Source of the DNA: Monocercomonoides exilis PA203 | Lineage: Eukaryota > Protista > Preaxostyla | DNA length: 64,000 bases | Assembly: GCA_001643675.2 (NCBI GenBank) | Contig: LSRY02000034.1 | Coordinates: forward strand, 868,001 to 932,000 | Direction of reading: 5' to 3' | Shown: positions 24,201 through 37,689 of the stretch, piece after piece | Numbering within the stretch: position 1 is the stretch's first letter | How the letters are laid out: each line of letters begins with the position of its first letter | Translations under genes and position numbers: made by a program | The notes under the pieces: model-generated | The model's input: the letters and a program-made list of their open reading frames with translations, nothing else | Told to the model about the DNA's origin: nothing | Databases searched by the model: none

Positions 24201-27200
24201 TCTTCTTCTTCTCTTCCTTCTTCTTCCACTCAAAATCTTTTTAACATATCAATGCCATCTTCAGTTTCTGCAACTAATTCACCAGTGAGCTACAAAGCAT
24301 CTTTAAGTTCTCCATTAAATAGAGGCAATTCAACTCCAAAGAAACAAGATGAGTTTTCTTCTTCTTCTTCTTCTTCTCTTTCTTCTTCTTCCTCCTCCTC
24401 TTCTTTCCAGCATTCCTCCAATCAATATCGCAATTCCGAACAACAAACACATTCACAATCAAACAATTTATCTGAACTTCCCGCAAAAAGCGAAAGAAGA
24501 AGCTCATTTCATCTTCAGCCAGAGTTTGTTGACTCGATGCTGATGAAGATGGGCATTGAGGCAGGGCAAATAAGAGAAGCAGGAGGAAAAGGGAATGAAG
24601 CGGGAATAAGAAAAGAAGGATTAACTAATGGTTCTTCTTCTTCTTCCTCTTCTTCCTCTTCCTCTTCTTCTCTTTCTTCTTCATTATCATCATCATCATC
24701 TTCTTCTTCTTTTCTTCTCTCTTCTCCTTCTCGTTCATCATCTTCCTCTTCTTCTTCTTCCTCCTCCTCCTCTTCTTCTTCTTCAACACCCCGCAAATCA
24801 GAACTTTCTCCTCTTCGTATTTCTTCGTCTTCTCATCCATTCACCACACAAAAAGAAGAAATAGCAGCTCAACTTTGGGAAGCAGAAATGATTGCGCGAC
24901 GGAAAAAAGCGGAAGAAGAAGAGAGGAAGAAGAGAAGGGCGTTTGAAGAGCGAAGAAAACTGGTGATGATTGAGAGGGCGAAGAAGAAAGAGGCCGAAGA
25001 AAAACAGATGCAGATGTTTGAGGCGGAGAAGAAGAAGCGGATGGAGCAGATGAGGTTGGAGTTGGGCATTCGCCCTGATGTGTATGAAGTGGAGATGGCT
25101 TCTCCTTCTTCTTCTCTTTCTCTTTCTCTCTCTTCTTCTTCTTCTTCCTCCTCATCCTCTTCTTCTTCTTCATTATCATCTCCCCAAAAATCCAATAAAG
25201 CCACAAAAGAACAGCCAATAGTGAATCAGCCATTGAAAACAGGAAGCTCAGCTTCTGTTGAAGCCAGCCACAAAAGTACCAATCAAACAGTGATGAGTCA
25301 AATTCCATCTTCTTCTCATAGAAAGATGTCTTCTCCTGTTTCCATTCAACACAACTTGACAAATTTTGATCATAAAACAGTGGGAAATAAACAGGAACAG
25401 AAGAAAAGAGAAGAAGAAGATGATGATGGAATGCAGTCAACAGGTGAAGAAGAAGGAGAAGAACAAGAAAAAGAACAAGAAGAAGGAAAAAATCAAAATG
25501 ATTACAAGAAGATTCAATCAGATGAAAGTGCAATTTCATCGATTTCTCCACAAATTGCCACAAAAACCGAAGAAAAAAGAGGCAAAACGAGGAAATTGAG
25601 GGACCAATTCATGGGAATAACTACAGATTTCAAGCAGATCAGCCAAAGAAACGCAAAATCAGTGAAAAACAATGCAACAAAGACAGAATCTGGTTTAGAG
25701 AGCACAAAACAGCCGGAATGGAAGTTGGAAGAGCCTAAAAGCGAGGACGAAGAGAAGAAGCTGCTGCAGATGATAATTGAGAAGAGCAAAGCTGAGCAAT
25801 ATGCCTCAACTTCGAGTGGGAAACAGGCAATTTCACAGAAAGAGAATGGAAGATATGTTAATTCTGCAAGTGTTTCGCCTCAAAAATCCAAAAATCAGAA
25901 CAAAAATGCAACTTTTAAGTTTCCATCGAAGGAAAGCATAGGACGATCGCATTGCTCTTCTCCTGTTTCGAAAAGGGGGTTTTCTCCTTCTGTTTCATCT
26001 TCATTGTCTTCTTCTTCTTCTTCTTCTTCTTCCTCTTCCTCTTCTTCTTCTCCAATTTCTTCTCCAATTTCTTCTCATAAAGACAATCTTGAAGACTCAG
26101 AAGAAGACATCCAGCTGAAAATTGCGATTGAGCGGAGCAAAACTGAAATGTATCGGAAGCCGAGAAAGAAAAGCGGAGAAAACGGGAGCAAAGAAAACGG
26201 AGGTTTGAAGGGAGTTCAAAGAGAAATTCGAAGTGGAAGTGAAATTCGAAGTCGAAATGGAAGTGGAAACAGAAGTGGAAACAAAAGTGGTGGCAAAAAA
26301 ACCAATCAAAATGAACCTGGCTCAATTTCAGTATCAGCTTCAGCTTCGGATTCAGTTTCTATTTCTGATTCGCTTTCTCGTTCAGCTAAACAGAAAATGA
26401 AAGAGCAACAAGACATTTCTGAAGATGTGTTGAAGGCGCAATCGAAAGAAGCAACAAGTTTCGAAGAAGATCGGTTGAATGACGTTACAAGCTGGCTGAG
26501 TGATGATGATGATGATGAATTAGAAGGAGAAAGAGAAAGAGAAAGAGAAAGAGAAAGAGAAAGAGAAAGAGAAAGAGAAAGAGAAAGAGAAAGAGAAGAT
26601 GTTGATAGCGATGAGGATGTGATTGAAAGTGGGTCATTCAGATTTGCTTCTTCTTCTCCTTCTTCTTCCTTACCCACCCGCCGATCCAAGCCAAAAGATG
26701 TGTTCTTTCCCTCCACTCGTGTTTACAGCGACCGACAAGTCCAAAGCAGCCTCAGAACAAACAGAAGAAACGCAAGGGGAGGGCTGCTTGGAGGGAAAGG
26801 AGGGCAAACAAGCGCAAAAAAACAGAAAAAAACAGAACTTGTCCATTTGCTCTCTAATTCTGGTTCAACTTCAAAAACTCATTCTAATTTAGCTTCAAAT
26901 TCTTCTGATTCTTCTGATTCAACTTCAAATTCTAATTCTAATTCAAATTTGCAGTCGAAAATGATGAAAGAAGAAGAGAAAAGCGTAAAAATGGAGCTGG
27001 AGTCGGAATTGAATTCGTTTGGAGAGGAGAATGTTGAGATAAAAAGATGTACAGAAAATGAAGACACAGAAAATGAAATTTTATCCACTTCAAAAGGGAA
27101 AATTGATAATTCTATGCAAAATGTGCAATCTTCTTCAATTCACATTTCAAACTCTGACATTTCAACTTCTTCTTCTTCTTCTTCTTCACCATCTACCACT

Positions 27201-28192
27201 TCACTTGATCATTCACAAACATCTTCTCCCTCTTCTCCTTCTCCTTCTTCTCCTTCTCCTGCTTCTGCTTCTGCTTCTCCATCTGTTTCGCTTTCACCTT
27301 CACCTTCTCCCTCTCTTTCTCCCTCTCCATCTCCCTCATCTTCCACTTCACCATCTCTTTCTCCTTCTCCTTCACTTTCTCCTTCTCCTTCTCCTTCCCC
27401 TTCTCCTTCCCCTTCCTCCTCTCCTTCTCTTTCTCCATCTTCTTCTCCACTTCATTCATCATCATCTTCTTCTTCTCCTTCTCCTTCTCCTTCATCCACC
27501 CCCACACCACATCACCCTTCTTTTAGTGAATACAGCGACCGCTTCAAGAAATATTCCCCGTCTCGCATCTTCCACCAGGCTTTTGGGCAGCAGCAACGCA
27601 ACAGCACACGATACTTTTTGAGAAGCATCATCACTCACAGCGGTTTGTTTTATTTTCTTTCTTTCTTTCTTTTTCTTTCTTTCTTTTTAATGCATTTTTT
27701 ATTGTATTTTTGAATATTTTTATTTTTATTTAACATTTTTTAATCTTTTTTCTATAATTGTTTTTTGTAATTTTTTCACTTTTTCCTTTATACCTCAAAA
27801 TTTCAACCTTGAATTGATGTATCTTACAAAATAATATTTTTTTTTTTCTCATGACAAAACGATGTTATCATTGAACATGTTCAGGATACAGCGCACAAAC
27901 AGGCCATTATTCTGCTGATGTCTATGACACAAGAGACAAGAAATGGAAGAACTATAACGATACGTGCGTTACTGAGGTGTGATTTATTGTTTATTCTTTA
28001 AAAAATAAATTATGAAATTGAAATAATTCTTCATTTTATTTATTGTTTGCAAATTTTGATATTAAAACCTTTTTCTTGTCCATTCAAAAACAAATGAAAT
28101 ATTTTTAGACAACCCTTGAATCGCTTCTGAACAGCGACAGAACAAAGAAAAACTGCTATCTTTTGTTTTATGTGCACGAGCAATCACTATGA
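18231..28192 (+). CDS. Very large ubiquitin-specific protease (USP/C19) with two UIM-like motifs; USP37-like architecture
   Basis: Cys box GFVNLGNTCYLNSVL, MCDAEEL, zinc-finger CTKC/CEHC, LPRVIVIQISRF. The His box is completed by introns 27643-27884 and 27977-28108: IITHSGYSAQTGHYSADVYD..WKNYNDTCV..CYLLFYV, ending at TGA 28190-28192. UIM-like motifs EDEEKKLLQMIIEKSKAE and SEEDIQLKIAIERSKTE. The 5' end is uncertain. Confidence 0.9.
26527..26597 (+). repeat. (GAAAGA)n hexamer microsatellite encoding (ER)n within the USP gene
   Basis: Direct read. Confidence 0.9.
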
Positions 28193-28354
28193 ATGTCTTT
28201 TTTGAGAATTACAAGCTTTTATTTATTTATTTGTTTTTTTAATAATAAAATAGATGCTTTTCTTGGCATCCGGTTTTTTTATATACAGTTTTATATGGGC
28301 ATCCTCGAGTCATATTTATTTTATTTATTTATTTTTTAAATTTATGATTTTTTT

Positions 28355-28388
<34 letters not shown>

Positions 28389-29007
28389 GAGTGTGTATTT
28401 CAAAAATAACACTGAATCGCAATCCGTTTGAGCTTAAATAAAGACTTCACAAAACTCACATCTCTTTCAGAAACAAAATAAAAAAAAGAAAGAAAATTGA
28501 TTGTAAGAATAGCGTCTGGAAAATAATACAATACAAGAGAACTATGTCGACTACTTGCACAAGGGAAAGAAAACTCAAGGTTAATAATAAATGTTAAATA
28601 AAAATTATTGGAGATAACTCAAAGAAGATCAAAAAATATTTAAACTCATAATCAACAAAATCACTAAACAATGGAGGATGGACCCACACATTATCGCGCA
28701 GATCGAACGAAGCAAAATAGAACACCCAAAAACATAGCTGGACAAAACAAAAAGCATAAAACATGATCATAAACATGATCAAAAACAGTATCAATAAAAA
28801 AGACCAAAAATCAATAACAAGAGTTTTTTTTAATAAAAAAACATGTTTCGTGATTATCCAACAGGAATATTAATACTCAACAAAAAAATATGCAAATTAT
28901 AATTGCAACAATAAAATCCATAAGCAAAAACAAATATTAAACAAATATTTATATTAATTATAAAAAAAACTTAAATAACATAAAACATCAAATATAACAT
29001 AGACATT

Positions 29008-30009
29008 TCAAAGATGCCACTTGCTGGTGTACTCAGCAAAGAACGCCAAAAACATGTCAAATTGATCATTTTCATCAAAGATAGGGTGCTTGTTCCTCAT
29101 TTGTTCCCTTGAAGAAAGCTGAGAGAAAAACCGCGTGGCGGACCACTCAAACGTCACCCGATAATCGAGAGCGATTAAAAAGACAATCTCAGATTGATTG
29201 AGCGTTTTCAGTGGAATAGAAAATAGTGAACTCCAGAACGAGTTTAGGTGAAATCGATCACAACTGTACTTGTCAACAATCATCATGCACACCGCTACAA
29301 TCATTGTTGCATTTTCGACAGTTATCGTCAATCCTCTGCTTGCTCCTTCTCGAAACAATCTGTCTAGTATGCACAAAAGCAAAACAAAATCAACTTCAAA
29401 AAGAGGAATTTTTTTCACAACAGCTTTAAAAATTGCTTCAATCGATGAAGATAGCTTCTTCATCGACTGAACATTATAATAATTTGAGGGAACCCAAAGT
29501 GGATAGCACAGCTGAGGAATTGAACAATCAGTAACAGGTCTTCCGAGACAAGGGAGGATAAATGTTGAAGAGGGCAAAGGAATAAGATCCGTGAGTGTAC
29601 GAGAATTTCGTTGAGATTCTTGCTCAACGTGCATCATTACCGATTTAGCAATATACATTGAGGTGAGTGATAATAACTTCGCATTAAAAGGAACCTCATG
29701 AAAAATAGGATTATAAGAAAGAAGTTGTCGAAGAATAGGATTTGCTCTTTTCAATTCATCATTAACAGTTGAGTGGCTTTTTGAAAATGAAAATTTTTGA
29801 GATTGATCATCATGAAATGAACGCTTTTTAAGGACGATATCGTTGGATTCTTTCTGAACAAATTGATCATCATGTTCATCAAATTCTCTGACATCGGGCT
29901 CAGATTTTAGCAGCTCAATTGACTTAATGCTCGCACTATGCGATGGACATAATGCACTTTGTGAAATGGCTCTGGGGGCTAACATTATGTCAAAGGCTGA
30001 TGATGACAA
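29008..30009 (-). CDS. Pho80/cyclin U(P)-type cyclin
   Basis: Cyclin box LLCILDRL..ITVENATMIVAVCMMIVDKYSCD..NSFWSSLFSIPLKTLNQSEIVFLIALDYRV. A short upstream exon may exist. Confidence 0.8.
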   Translation of the reverse strand: MSSSAFDIMLAPRAISQSALCPSHSASIKSIELLKSEPDVREFDEHDDQFVQKESNDIVLKKRSFHDDQSQKFSFSKSHSTVNDELKRANPILRQLLSYNPIFHEVPFNAKLLSLTSMYIAKSVMMHVEQESQRNSRTLTDLIPLPSSTFILPCLGRPVTDCSIPQLCYPLWVPSNYYNVQSMKKLSSSIEAIFKAVVKKIPLFEVDFVLLLCILDRLFREGASRGLTITVENATMIVAVCMMIVDKYSCDRFHLNSFWSSLFSIPLKTLNQSEIVFLIALDYRVTFEWSATRFFSQLSSREQMRNKHPIFDENDQFDMFLAFFAEYTSKWHL

Positions 30010-30259
30010 GTTAACTTAGATCTAAAATTTCCATTTTACGTTTGGGATACAAAAATAAAATTGTGGTAAATTTTTTTTTATTTGATTTCATAAAAAAACG
30101 AACAAAATTAGATCAATGCAATTGTATAAATATACACAGACCTAAAAATTATTTTTAAAAAATTGATAATGAAAAATTAACAAAATGAAGAAGAATTTAA
30201 GAAGTTGAAAAAAGTGGAAAAATTGTTGATGACATGTGAAAAGCCAGTGTATTAAAATT

Positions 30260-33200
30260 TTAATTTGAAAACTCTTCTTTTGACGACTGCTCTTTCCCAG
30301 CCAAATCTCCTTCTTTCGCAGACTTCCCCTCATCCGGCTTCTCCTCCTTCTTCTGCTCCTCTTCATCCTCGCTCTCTTCTTCCTCATCTACCCCATCTCC
30401 ATTCTGTTCAGCAGCAGTCTGCTCGCTCTGAGCAACAGACAGAAGTGACACAGCTGGAGTGTACGACAGCGGCGTCGAGTCAAACAGCTCGCCCGTCTCC
30501 TTCTTGATCGCCGCCCTCAGATGCTCCCCTTTCTGGAAGGAAGGCATCTTCTTCTCGCCAATGTTGCCCAGCCGAAACACAGACACACAGCCCACGCTGT
30601 CTCCAGCAAACAGCACGTTCCCGTTCGAATGGAACTCCACCGACATCATCGGCCGCTCTGTGTCGAGGGGCGTCGATACAACTGGATCCACCACCGATTG
30701 CGCAATGTCCCACACAGCCACACTGCCGTCGTTCATCGCCACAGCAAACACAGTTGAGTGTATTGGCGACCAGCAGATGTCATTTGGAGCGTCGTGGAGC
30801 GAAGAAAACAGAAGGACAGGCTTGGCGGAGTGCTCGTGGTGCCACAGCCGGATCGTGCTGTCTGCCCCCGCCGAGAGGAAGTAGTCGGAATCAAACGGGT
30901 TCCACCGCACTTTCACCACTGACCCCATGTGCCCGAAATACGACTCGATGTAATCAGCATACGATCGGCTGCACTTGTGGATGTTCCCGTCTTCTGTGCC
31001 CACCAAGTAGAAAACAGGGTCTGCGGGTGAGAAATCGAAGCAGGTGCCAGCTGCTGTGCGCGATATGAGCGTGTCGCTGAACGACTGCTTCGTCTTCGGG
31101 TTGATCCGCCGCAGCTTCATCAGCTCTGTGTGCTCCAGCCCTTTTGAAGACTGCCACTGGATAATGCGGCCATCCAGCGATATCGTCGACAGCACTTCCC
31201 CTTGATCTCCACTCCCTGTGCCCAGCTGTATCCCTCCTCCTCCGCTGCTGCTGGCTGAGCCGATATCTCCACTCCCTCCTCCCCCTACACCAACACCAAC
31301 TGCACGTGATTCTGTGTTCTTCGCCTCCATAATTGCCTCTTTGTGCCTCTCAGCAGGGGAAGAAGATTCCAGTGCTGGTTTGATTGAGCGTGTGCGGATG
31401 TCATACAAAGCAACAGAGCCGTCGAGCATTCCAACAGAAAGGATGGAAGGATGGGCAGTGGAGAAGTCGATGGAGAGTGGGGGGGAGGAGACAGGCATGT
31501 AGAAGAGAGGGTATTTCGGGTTCTTCAGAGACCAGAAGCAGATGAAGCCAGGTGTGTCGACTTTCACGTACTGTGGAGTGGGCTGAGATGATGATTGAGA
31601 TGAGGAAGAGGATGAAGAAGAGGATGATGATGATGAAGCTGATGCTGAAGAAGAAGAAGCGCTGCTTCCTTCATTATCCTCTGAAGATATTGACGGCTGC
31701 TCCAAGGGCTCTGCGAGATTCGCGTTTGGAATATACGCCACTGCCAGTAGATCTGCGTTGTGCTTGTTGAGTGAGAGGCTCGAGACAGAGTAGCTGAATG
31801 TGATTGGCACCGCACCGAACTGCGGACCCTTTCCGCTTCCTTGGTCTCCCAGCGACAGCCCCGCCAGCGTGCCCAGCAGCCCATCCATCTTCGCATCAAA
31901 CACTCCACCCGCACTGCTGTCACCGTCTGCTGATGACGTTGCGGACTCAATTAAAGGAGAAGGAGGAAGTGGATTTCCACCGCCGATGCTGTGCGGAAGC
32001 TCCCAGCGCCACAAGTTGTGCAGCGTCGGGTGCTTTCGGAAGCCCTTTCGGTACGGAATGCGCTTTGCCCCGCGGTAGATGAGGATTTCTGTGTCGTATA
32101 TGCTCTGCAGCACGCAGCCTTCGATCATCCGCAGCTTCTCCGCAATTCGCGGCAGGCGCCGGATCTGCCCAAACGTTAGCACAGACGGGTCATATTCTTC
32201 TACCCCTTTCCTCTGCATGCTCTTTCTCTCCCCTCCTTCTCCGTCTTCCTTCTCGTCCGCATTCGAGTTTGCCGTCATCTCATCGCCCCCTGCCTCTTTC
32301 CCTCTTGCCCCCATGCTCTTCCTCCCGCTGCGCCTCGACCCCACCGAGCTCGTCATGCTTGCCCCATCGTCCATCTCCCTCTCTCCTCTCTCCACACTCC
32401 CTCCTCTTCTTCCCCGCGAAAACGATCTTCTTGTGCGCATTCCATATCCCGACGAATTCGACCTCGAAGTGTACGGCGCCTCTGCAAACGACGCCGTGTC
32501 GCTATCTCTTCCTCTCCCTCCCCCGCTTCCTCCTCCCTTTTCCTGGTACCCAAAGAACGATGCTCGCTCATCTGCATCGTCGTATGCAAACGACATCCCA
32601 CTCGCCACCGACGCTGTTTCACTCATGTCTGCCCCTTCGCCTCCGCTTTCATCTCCACTGGCCAAGCTGTCCCTTGTGTCTCGGCTGCCAACACTGCCTG
32701 TGTCATCTCCATCCCCTGCCCCTGCCCTGGCCTTCCCTTTCCCTGTGCCCTGTGTTCCCTGCGCCTTCTCCGCCTCCTTCTCTGACTGCGCAAACACGTC
32801 GTAGATGATGCTTTCTGTGCATTGCGTGCCCTTGTTATCTCTCAATGCATCCACAAACGAGGAGATGTTGATCAGCTCCTCCTCCAGCGTCATTTCTTCC
32901 CCTCCTGCGCTGTTTCCCTTCGTCGCTTTCTTCTTGTCAGTCACCTCGCTCGTCTGCACACTGCTCGTCAAAGACGAACGGCTGGCGCTTCTTGTCAGCT
33001 CTCCCCCCGCCCCTCTCTCAGCAATGGCTGCTGTTGGCAAGGACGGAACACCCGGAACGCCTTCTCTTCCGCTCTCGTTGCCCTGCGGCTGCGGATGGAG
33101 CTGTGCCTCTGCCTGGCGCGTCTTCTCCTCCATCTGCTGGTGGGCAAGGATCTTGTTGAAGATGAGCGAGGTGACAGAGAACTTTGCTTTGGTCCCTGTC

Positions 33201-34521
33201 GATTTCAGGGGAAAGTTGTCTGTTGTGACCATGCCTTTCTCCGAGCGCAGTTCGGGTGTGATTGTCTTGAGCTTCGTCTTGTACTGCTCGTTGAGCTCTT
33301 TCGTCTGCTTGGACGTGGGAAGCGGCGGGTTGTCGAGTGGGATTGCGACTTGCGGCATTTCAAAGAGCAGAACGCCGTCTGTCTCCACCAGCCGCACGTC
33401 GTGCAGCGCATCTGCCTCTTGCTCGGTTGTGGGCTCTTGGTCGTCGTCGAAGGAAAGCGGCACGGCGACTGGTTAAAGGGGAAAAAGAAAAGAAAAGAGA
33501 GAGAGAGAAAGAGAAAGAGAAAGAGAAAGAGAAAGAAAGAAAGAAAGATTGAAAGATTGAAAATAAAATGTGAAATTATAAAATTTTAATTTAATAATTA
33601 CAATAATTTTTGAATTCAGAAAAATTTTAGGAACAAACAAATTTTTGACGTTTCATCAAAATAATAAAAAGTTACAAACTGTGAGAACGCTGCTTAACTT
33701 CAACATCTGTTTCTGGTATTGTAGACATAGCAAGAGATATTGAATCAGCTGGAAAATACAGGCAAAAGGAAATAAAAGGAAATAAAATGAAACAAAAAGG
33801 ATCATCAAGACGCTCATTCGTGTAATGGGGAAAAGGAAAGTGGGATATCACACATTCGGACAGTGTATCATCTTCAAAACTTTGCGTCAGCGATTCTGTG
33901 AACACAGAAGGTTCTGTAAACATTGCACTTGACATTGTCATTGTTTCAGAAAATTTTTTCCTTGATCCTGTTCGAACAGAACCATAGCCAACGGATGCGG
34001 AATCTCCTTTTCCATATCTTCCTTTTCCACTCTTTCTGAAATGTGCAGAGTCACTAAAACAAAGTGAATATCAAAGAATCTTCAAACTTTGAGCTTTCTG
34101 TTCCCAAAAAAACATGATCAGGAGTTATCAGAGATGATGTACTTAATCCTGAAATTGATATAGGAGGCTGGCCAGAAGACCCACTTGGAAGAGGTGGATA
34201 CTGAGTTGTTTGCTCTGAAGTATTTGGTATTTGTGATGCTATAACGCAAATATATTATTATTGTTTAAAAAGTTGTCAAAATTTCAGTGACATTTAAAAA
34301 TGCAAGCGAATCACCATACAAAATTCTTGCGCTGTTTGCTTGGTCCGTACGCTGGCCTTTGCATTTCCAGTGCTGATTAATAATAAACAAAATATAAAAT
34401 TCAAGTTTTGTTGAAGAAAAAGCAGCAAAAACCTTCTTGCTTTCGAATAAATACTTGGATTTCCTTTTGAATAAGATTCTCTATGAGAAGAAAAGCTTTT
34501 TGTTTCTTCTCCAAAATGCAT
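30260..34521 (-). CDS. DNAI4: Axonemal dynein intermediate chain, WDR78/IC138-like, multi-exon
   Basis: C-terminal WD40 repeats typical of dynein intermediate chains (ICFWSLKNPKYP, SLDGRIIQW, YLVGTEDGNIHKCSRSY, GHMGSVVKVRWNPF). N-terminal ETDGVLLFEMP motif. Main exon ~30260-33470; small upstream exons to ~34521 are inferred. Confidence 0.8.
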
Positions 34522-36414
34522 TCAAAAACAAATAAAATATTATATTTAACAACGCTAACCATACTCCATCATGTTATGATCACTTTTATGATGTTTTTAA
34601 AAATGAGTTTGAAAACATTCAACATCATTCAAAAGAACATTAATTGTTTTAATTTTCATTTATTTTGATCATCTCAAAATATTGAAGAATCTGGACGATT
34701 TCAATCTATCATAATAAAGTTATTTAAAATTCTAATATGAATCACCTTTCGTTTTTTTATTAACATTATTTGATTTGTAACTTCACAAATTCAAACTTTC
34801 GCAACACACAAATGAAAATTTTGTTATAACTTCTTAGAGCAAGATGACATTCCATCGAAGAGAATACACCATTTATTAGATGAAATTTGAATAAGAAATT
34901 TCAATTCGAATAACTTCATTTTATTCGAATAAAGCATAACTTTATTTGAATTAGACACACTTTATTCAAATAGACTCACTTCATTCAAGGATTCCCAACT
35001 TCATTTGAGTTTCTGTTTTGTTATGATTTCAAAAAGAACAGAATGATGAACATTGAAATTTTAATGTTCGATAAAATTTATTTTTATGTTTTTTTTAACT
35101 TTTGTGAAAAAGTGAAAAGATGATTTCTTTTTTCTGAAATTCAAAAATATGAACAAACTGGTTTGGATGCAATTGAAGGAAATTTCAAATATGCAAACAT
35201 TATAAATACATTAATCAAAAACAATTTTTATCGTTTCTCTGATAAAGTGAAATTGTTGAAAACGAAAATTAAAAAAATATGGAATTTATAAAATAATGAT
35301 GTTCGAAATTTGGCTAACACAACAATAGATCATTATGCAAGCATAATGCATGGAGCTAACAATTTCTTTTAAAGCGAGGGATCATCACTTTTTTACGCAA
35401 ATTGTTGATGGATGGTGAAATATGGATTAATAGTTCAATTGTGTCTTCTCGGCGCATTGAAACAGTGTTGATCATCAAAATATACATGTACGAATGAGAA
35501 AAAATGATTTTGGTTTGTGATGAGTGTTTATTTTTGTTGAACTTTGATGGATGGATTGTTATTCATCACATGAAAATCCAATAATTAGTTTCTGGTGAAG
35601 AAATGAAAACTAGGAGTGAAGCCGATGAGCAGCAGACGAAGATGCACAAAATGATTTTTCAGAAGAAGAAATCCATTTTTAGCAAGGTGAAGAAAAAGGA
35701 GGAAAGATTATATCAAAAAAAGAAAGACAGATGAGAAAAGGTGGATGTCCAAAGATTGAGTGTGCAGCAAGATAGCACAAAACGCCTATCAATTGTTCTT
35801 TATCGATGAAATGTTTAACTTGAAAGATGCTTTGATCGAAACAAAGGATATGAAAGAGAAAAACTAGGAAAGGAAGAAACAGAAATGAATTGCCCATTGT
35901 TTCCTATTTTTTGTTGACAAGAGGTGAAGGGGAAAGTTGAACGTTTGAAAAATTCAGTAATTACTGTTTACCAGAAGGATATGCGACCAATGAAGTTTAA
36001 ATCAGATTCATATTTGTTTCAACAAGAATCTTTGTATTTGTTATCGACAACCTTCATTATTCTAAGTATCAAATAATTTCATCAATAACAACTTCTTTTC
36101 CTTCTTCATATCCTTCGAACTGCAATGATCTGTTCCTGCCTTCTCTTCCTCACTTATCGCTGGCGGGAATTCAGCGCAGAAACACTCGAAAACACATTCT
36201 TTCACCTTCTACGAAACACTGCTTCTCATGTGCCGTAGAAAGAAATGGCTTATTTTCATCTTCTCATCATTCTTCTTCTTCCTCTTTTTCTTCTTCCAGA
36301 TCAAGTTCAACTTTCTTCATCTGTTTCATCAATCCGATTTGGAGCAGAATGCTGATCTGATTCACCATTCTGGAGGCAGATAATCAAAGAGAAGAAGGCG
36401 GCAGAAGATGATCA

Positions 36415-37545
36415 ATTACCATCAGCGTCTGTGATTGACCCTTCGGATGCCTCTGCGGTGGAGGAGTAATACACGTCAGTAGCAGTGATGGACGACATCA
36501 AGAGGCGGCTGCTGATTGTGGAGCCTGAGGCGGCTGAGGTGTATGCGCGGTACATGCAGATTGTAGCTGCTGCTTCTGATGTCGCCGCGGGTGCAACAGA
36601 CGCTGTGGGGATATGTTGTTACGCGAAGAGCGTTGCTGAATGGTAATGTTGCTTGCGCCTGGATTGTCGCACTTTTGGCAATGCTTTCGGTTCCGCTGGT
36701 GGGGCAGCTTCCGTCACTTGCAGCGTCGGTGGGCACGAAGTCGGGGGGCAAGCGGATCTTTGCAGCGGCAGATGTGAATGCGTTCCCGTCGATCAACGAT
36801 CTGTTTAACCCTTCACTGCAGATATTGCGCTCGCCGCAATCGAGGCGTGTGGTGGTGAAGCTGGACAAAGAAGTGATGAGATGAGATGTTGTAATACTCG
36901 GAATGGGGGAGATTATGGAGAAGAAGGTTGTAGGTGGAGGGGCTGAGGATGGAGGATGTGGTTCTGTCTCCAGCAGTGACTACGCTGGTTGTGCTGGAGT
37001 GGAGAGAAGAAGCAGAGGAAGGTGAAGTGAATGAAGAGAAAGGTGGCTATCCGATAGCGCACTGAGGGTTTGTGGAGAAAATCAAAGAGAAGCAGGGGAA
37101 GCTGGAAGAAGAGATGGTGTTGATGATTATCAAAGTGGTTGAACTGGATTAGCAGATGTATGCAAAGGAGGAGGATGAGGCTGAGGCAGACAAGCCGCAT
37201 TCAATAGAAACTGAAATGTTTCATTCTTCTCCGTCTGATGGTTTCAATAGGAGATTTCAAGAGCAGAAGAAGAATCAGCAGATGGGTCTTTGGATATAAC
37301 TTAAGATGGAAGTTCAGATGGAGAAAAGAAAGATGAGGAACAAATGCAAATATCGAAGAATGATTTAGCGATGTTTGAGGAGTCAGAGATAGAGAGAAGT
37401 TCGATTGATATTGAGAAGGAAGAGGAGGAGGAGGAAGAAGAGAAAGTTGATGGAGACATGAAGTTTATTTTTAAGAAATACAAAGAACAAAAGCAGAAAG
37501 AGGAAATAATACATGAGGTTTTGGAGAAGTGGACACGGAAGCTGT
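36415..37545 (+). pseudogene. Second degraded copy of the family seen at 7280-8445
   Basis: Homologous peptides (see first copy); interrupted by stops. Confidence 0.7.
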
Positions 37546-37689
37546 AGCTTCAGCTTCACATAAAAAAGGTATATTTTCACAAACATAGTCGAAGCGGAAG
37601 GAATAGGAAGACAGTGTGAAGAAGAGAAAAAAGAAGATGAAGAGATGAAATTTCTCATGTATTTTCATTTGAAAAAAAGGAGATAAGAT

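Noticed and set aside
18332-27621. Dozens of overlapping poly-L/F/K/R ORFs
   Set aside because: Alternative-frame artefacts of TCT/GAA microsatellites inside the USP exon.
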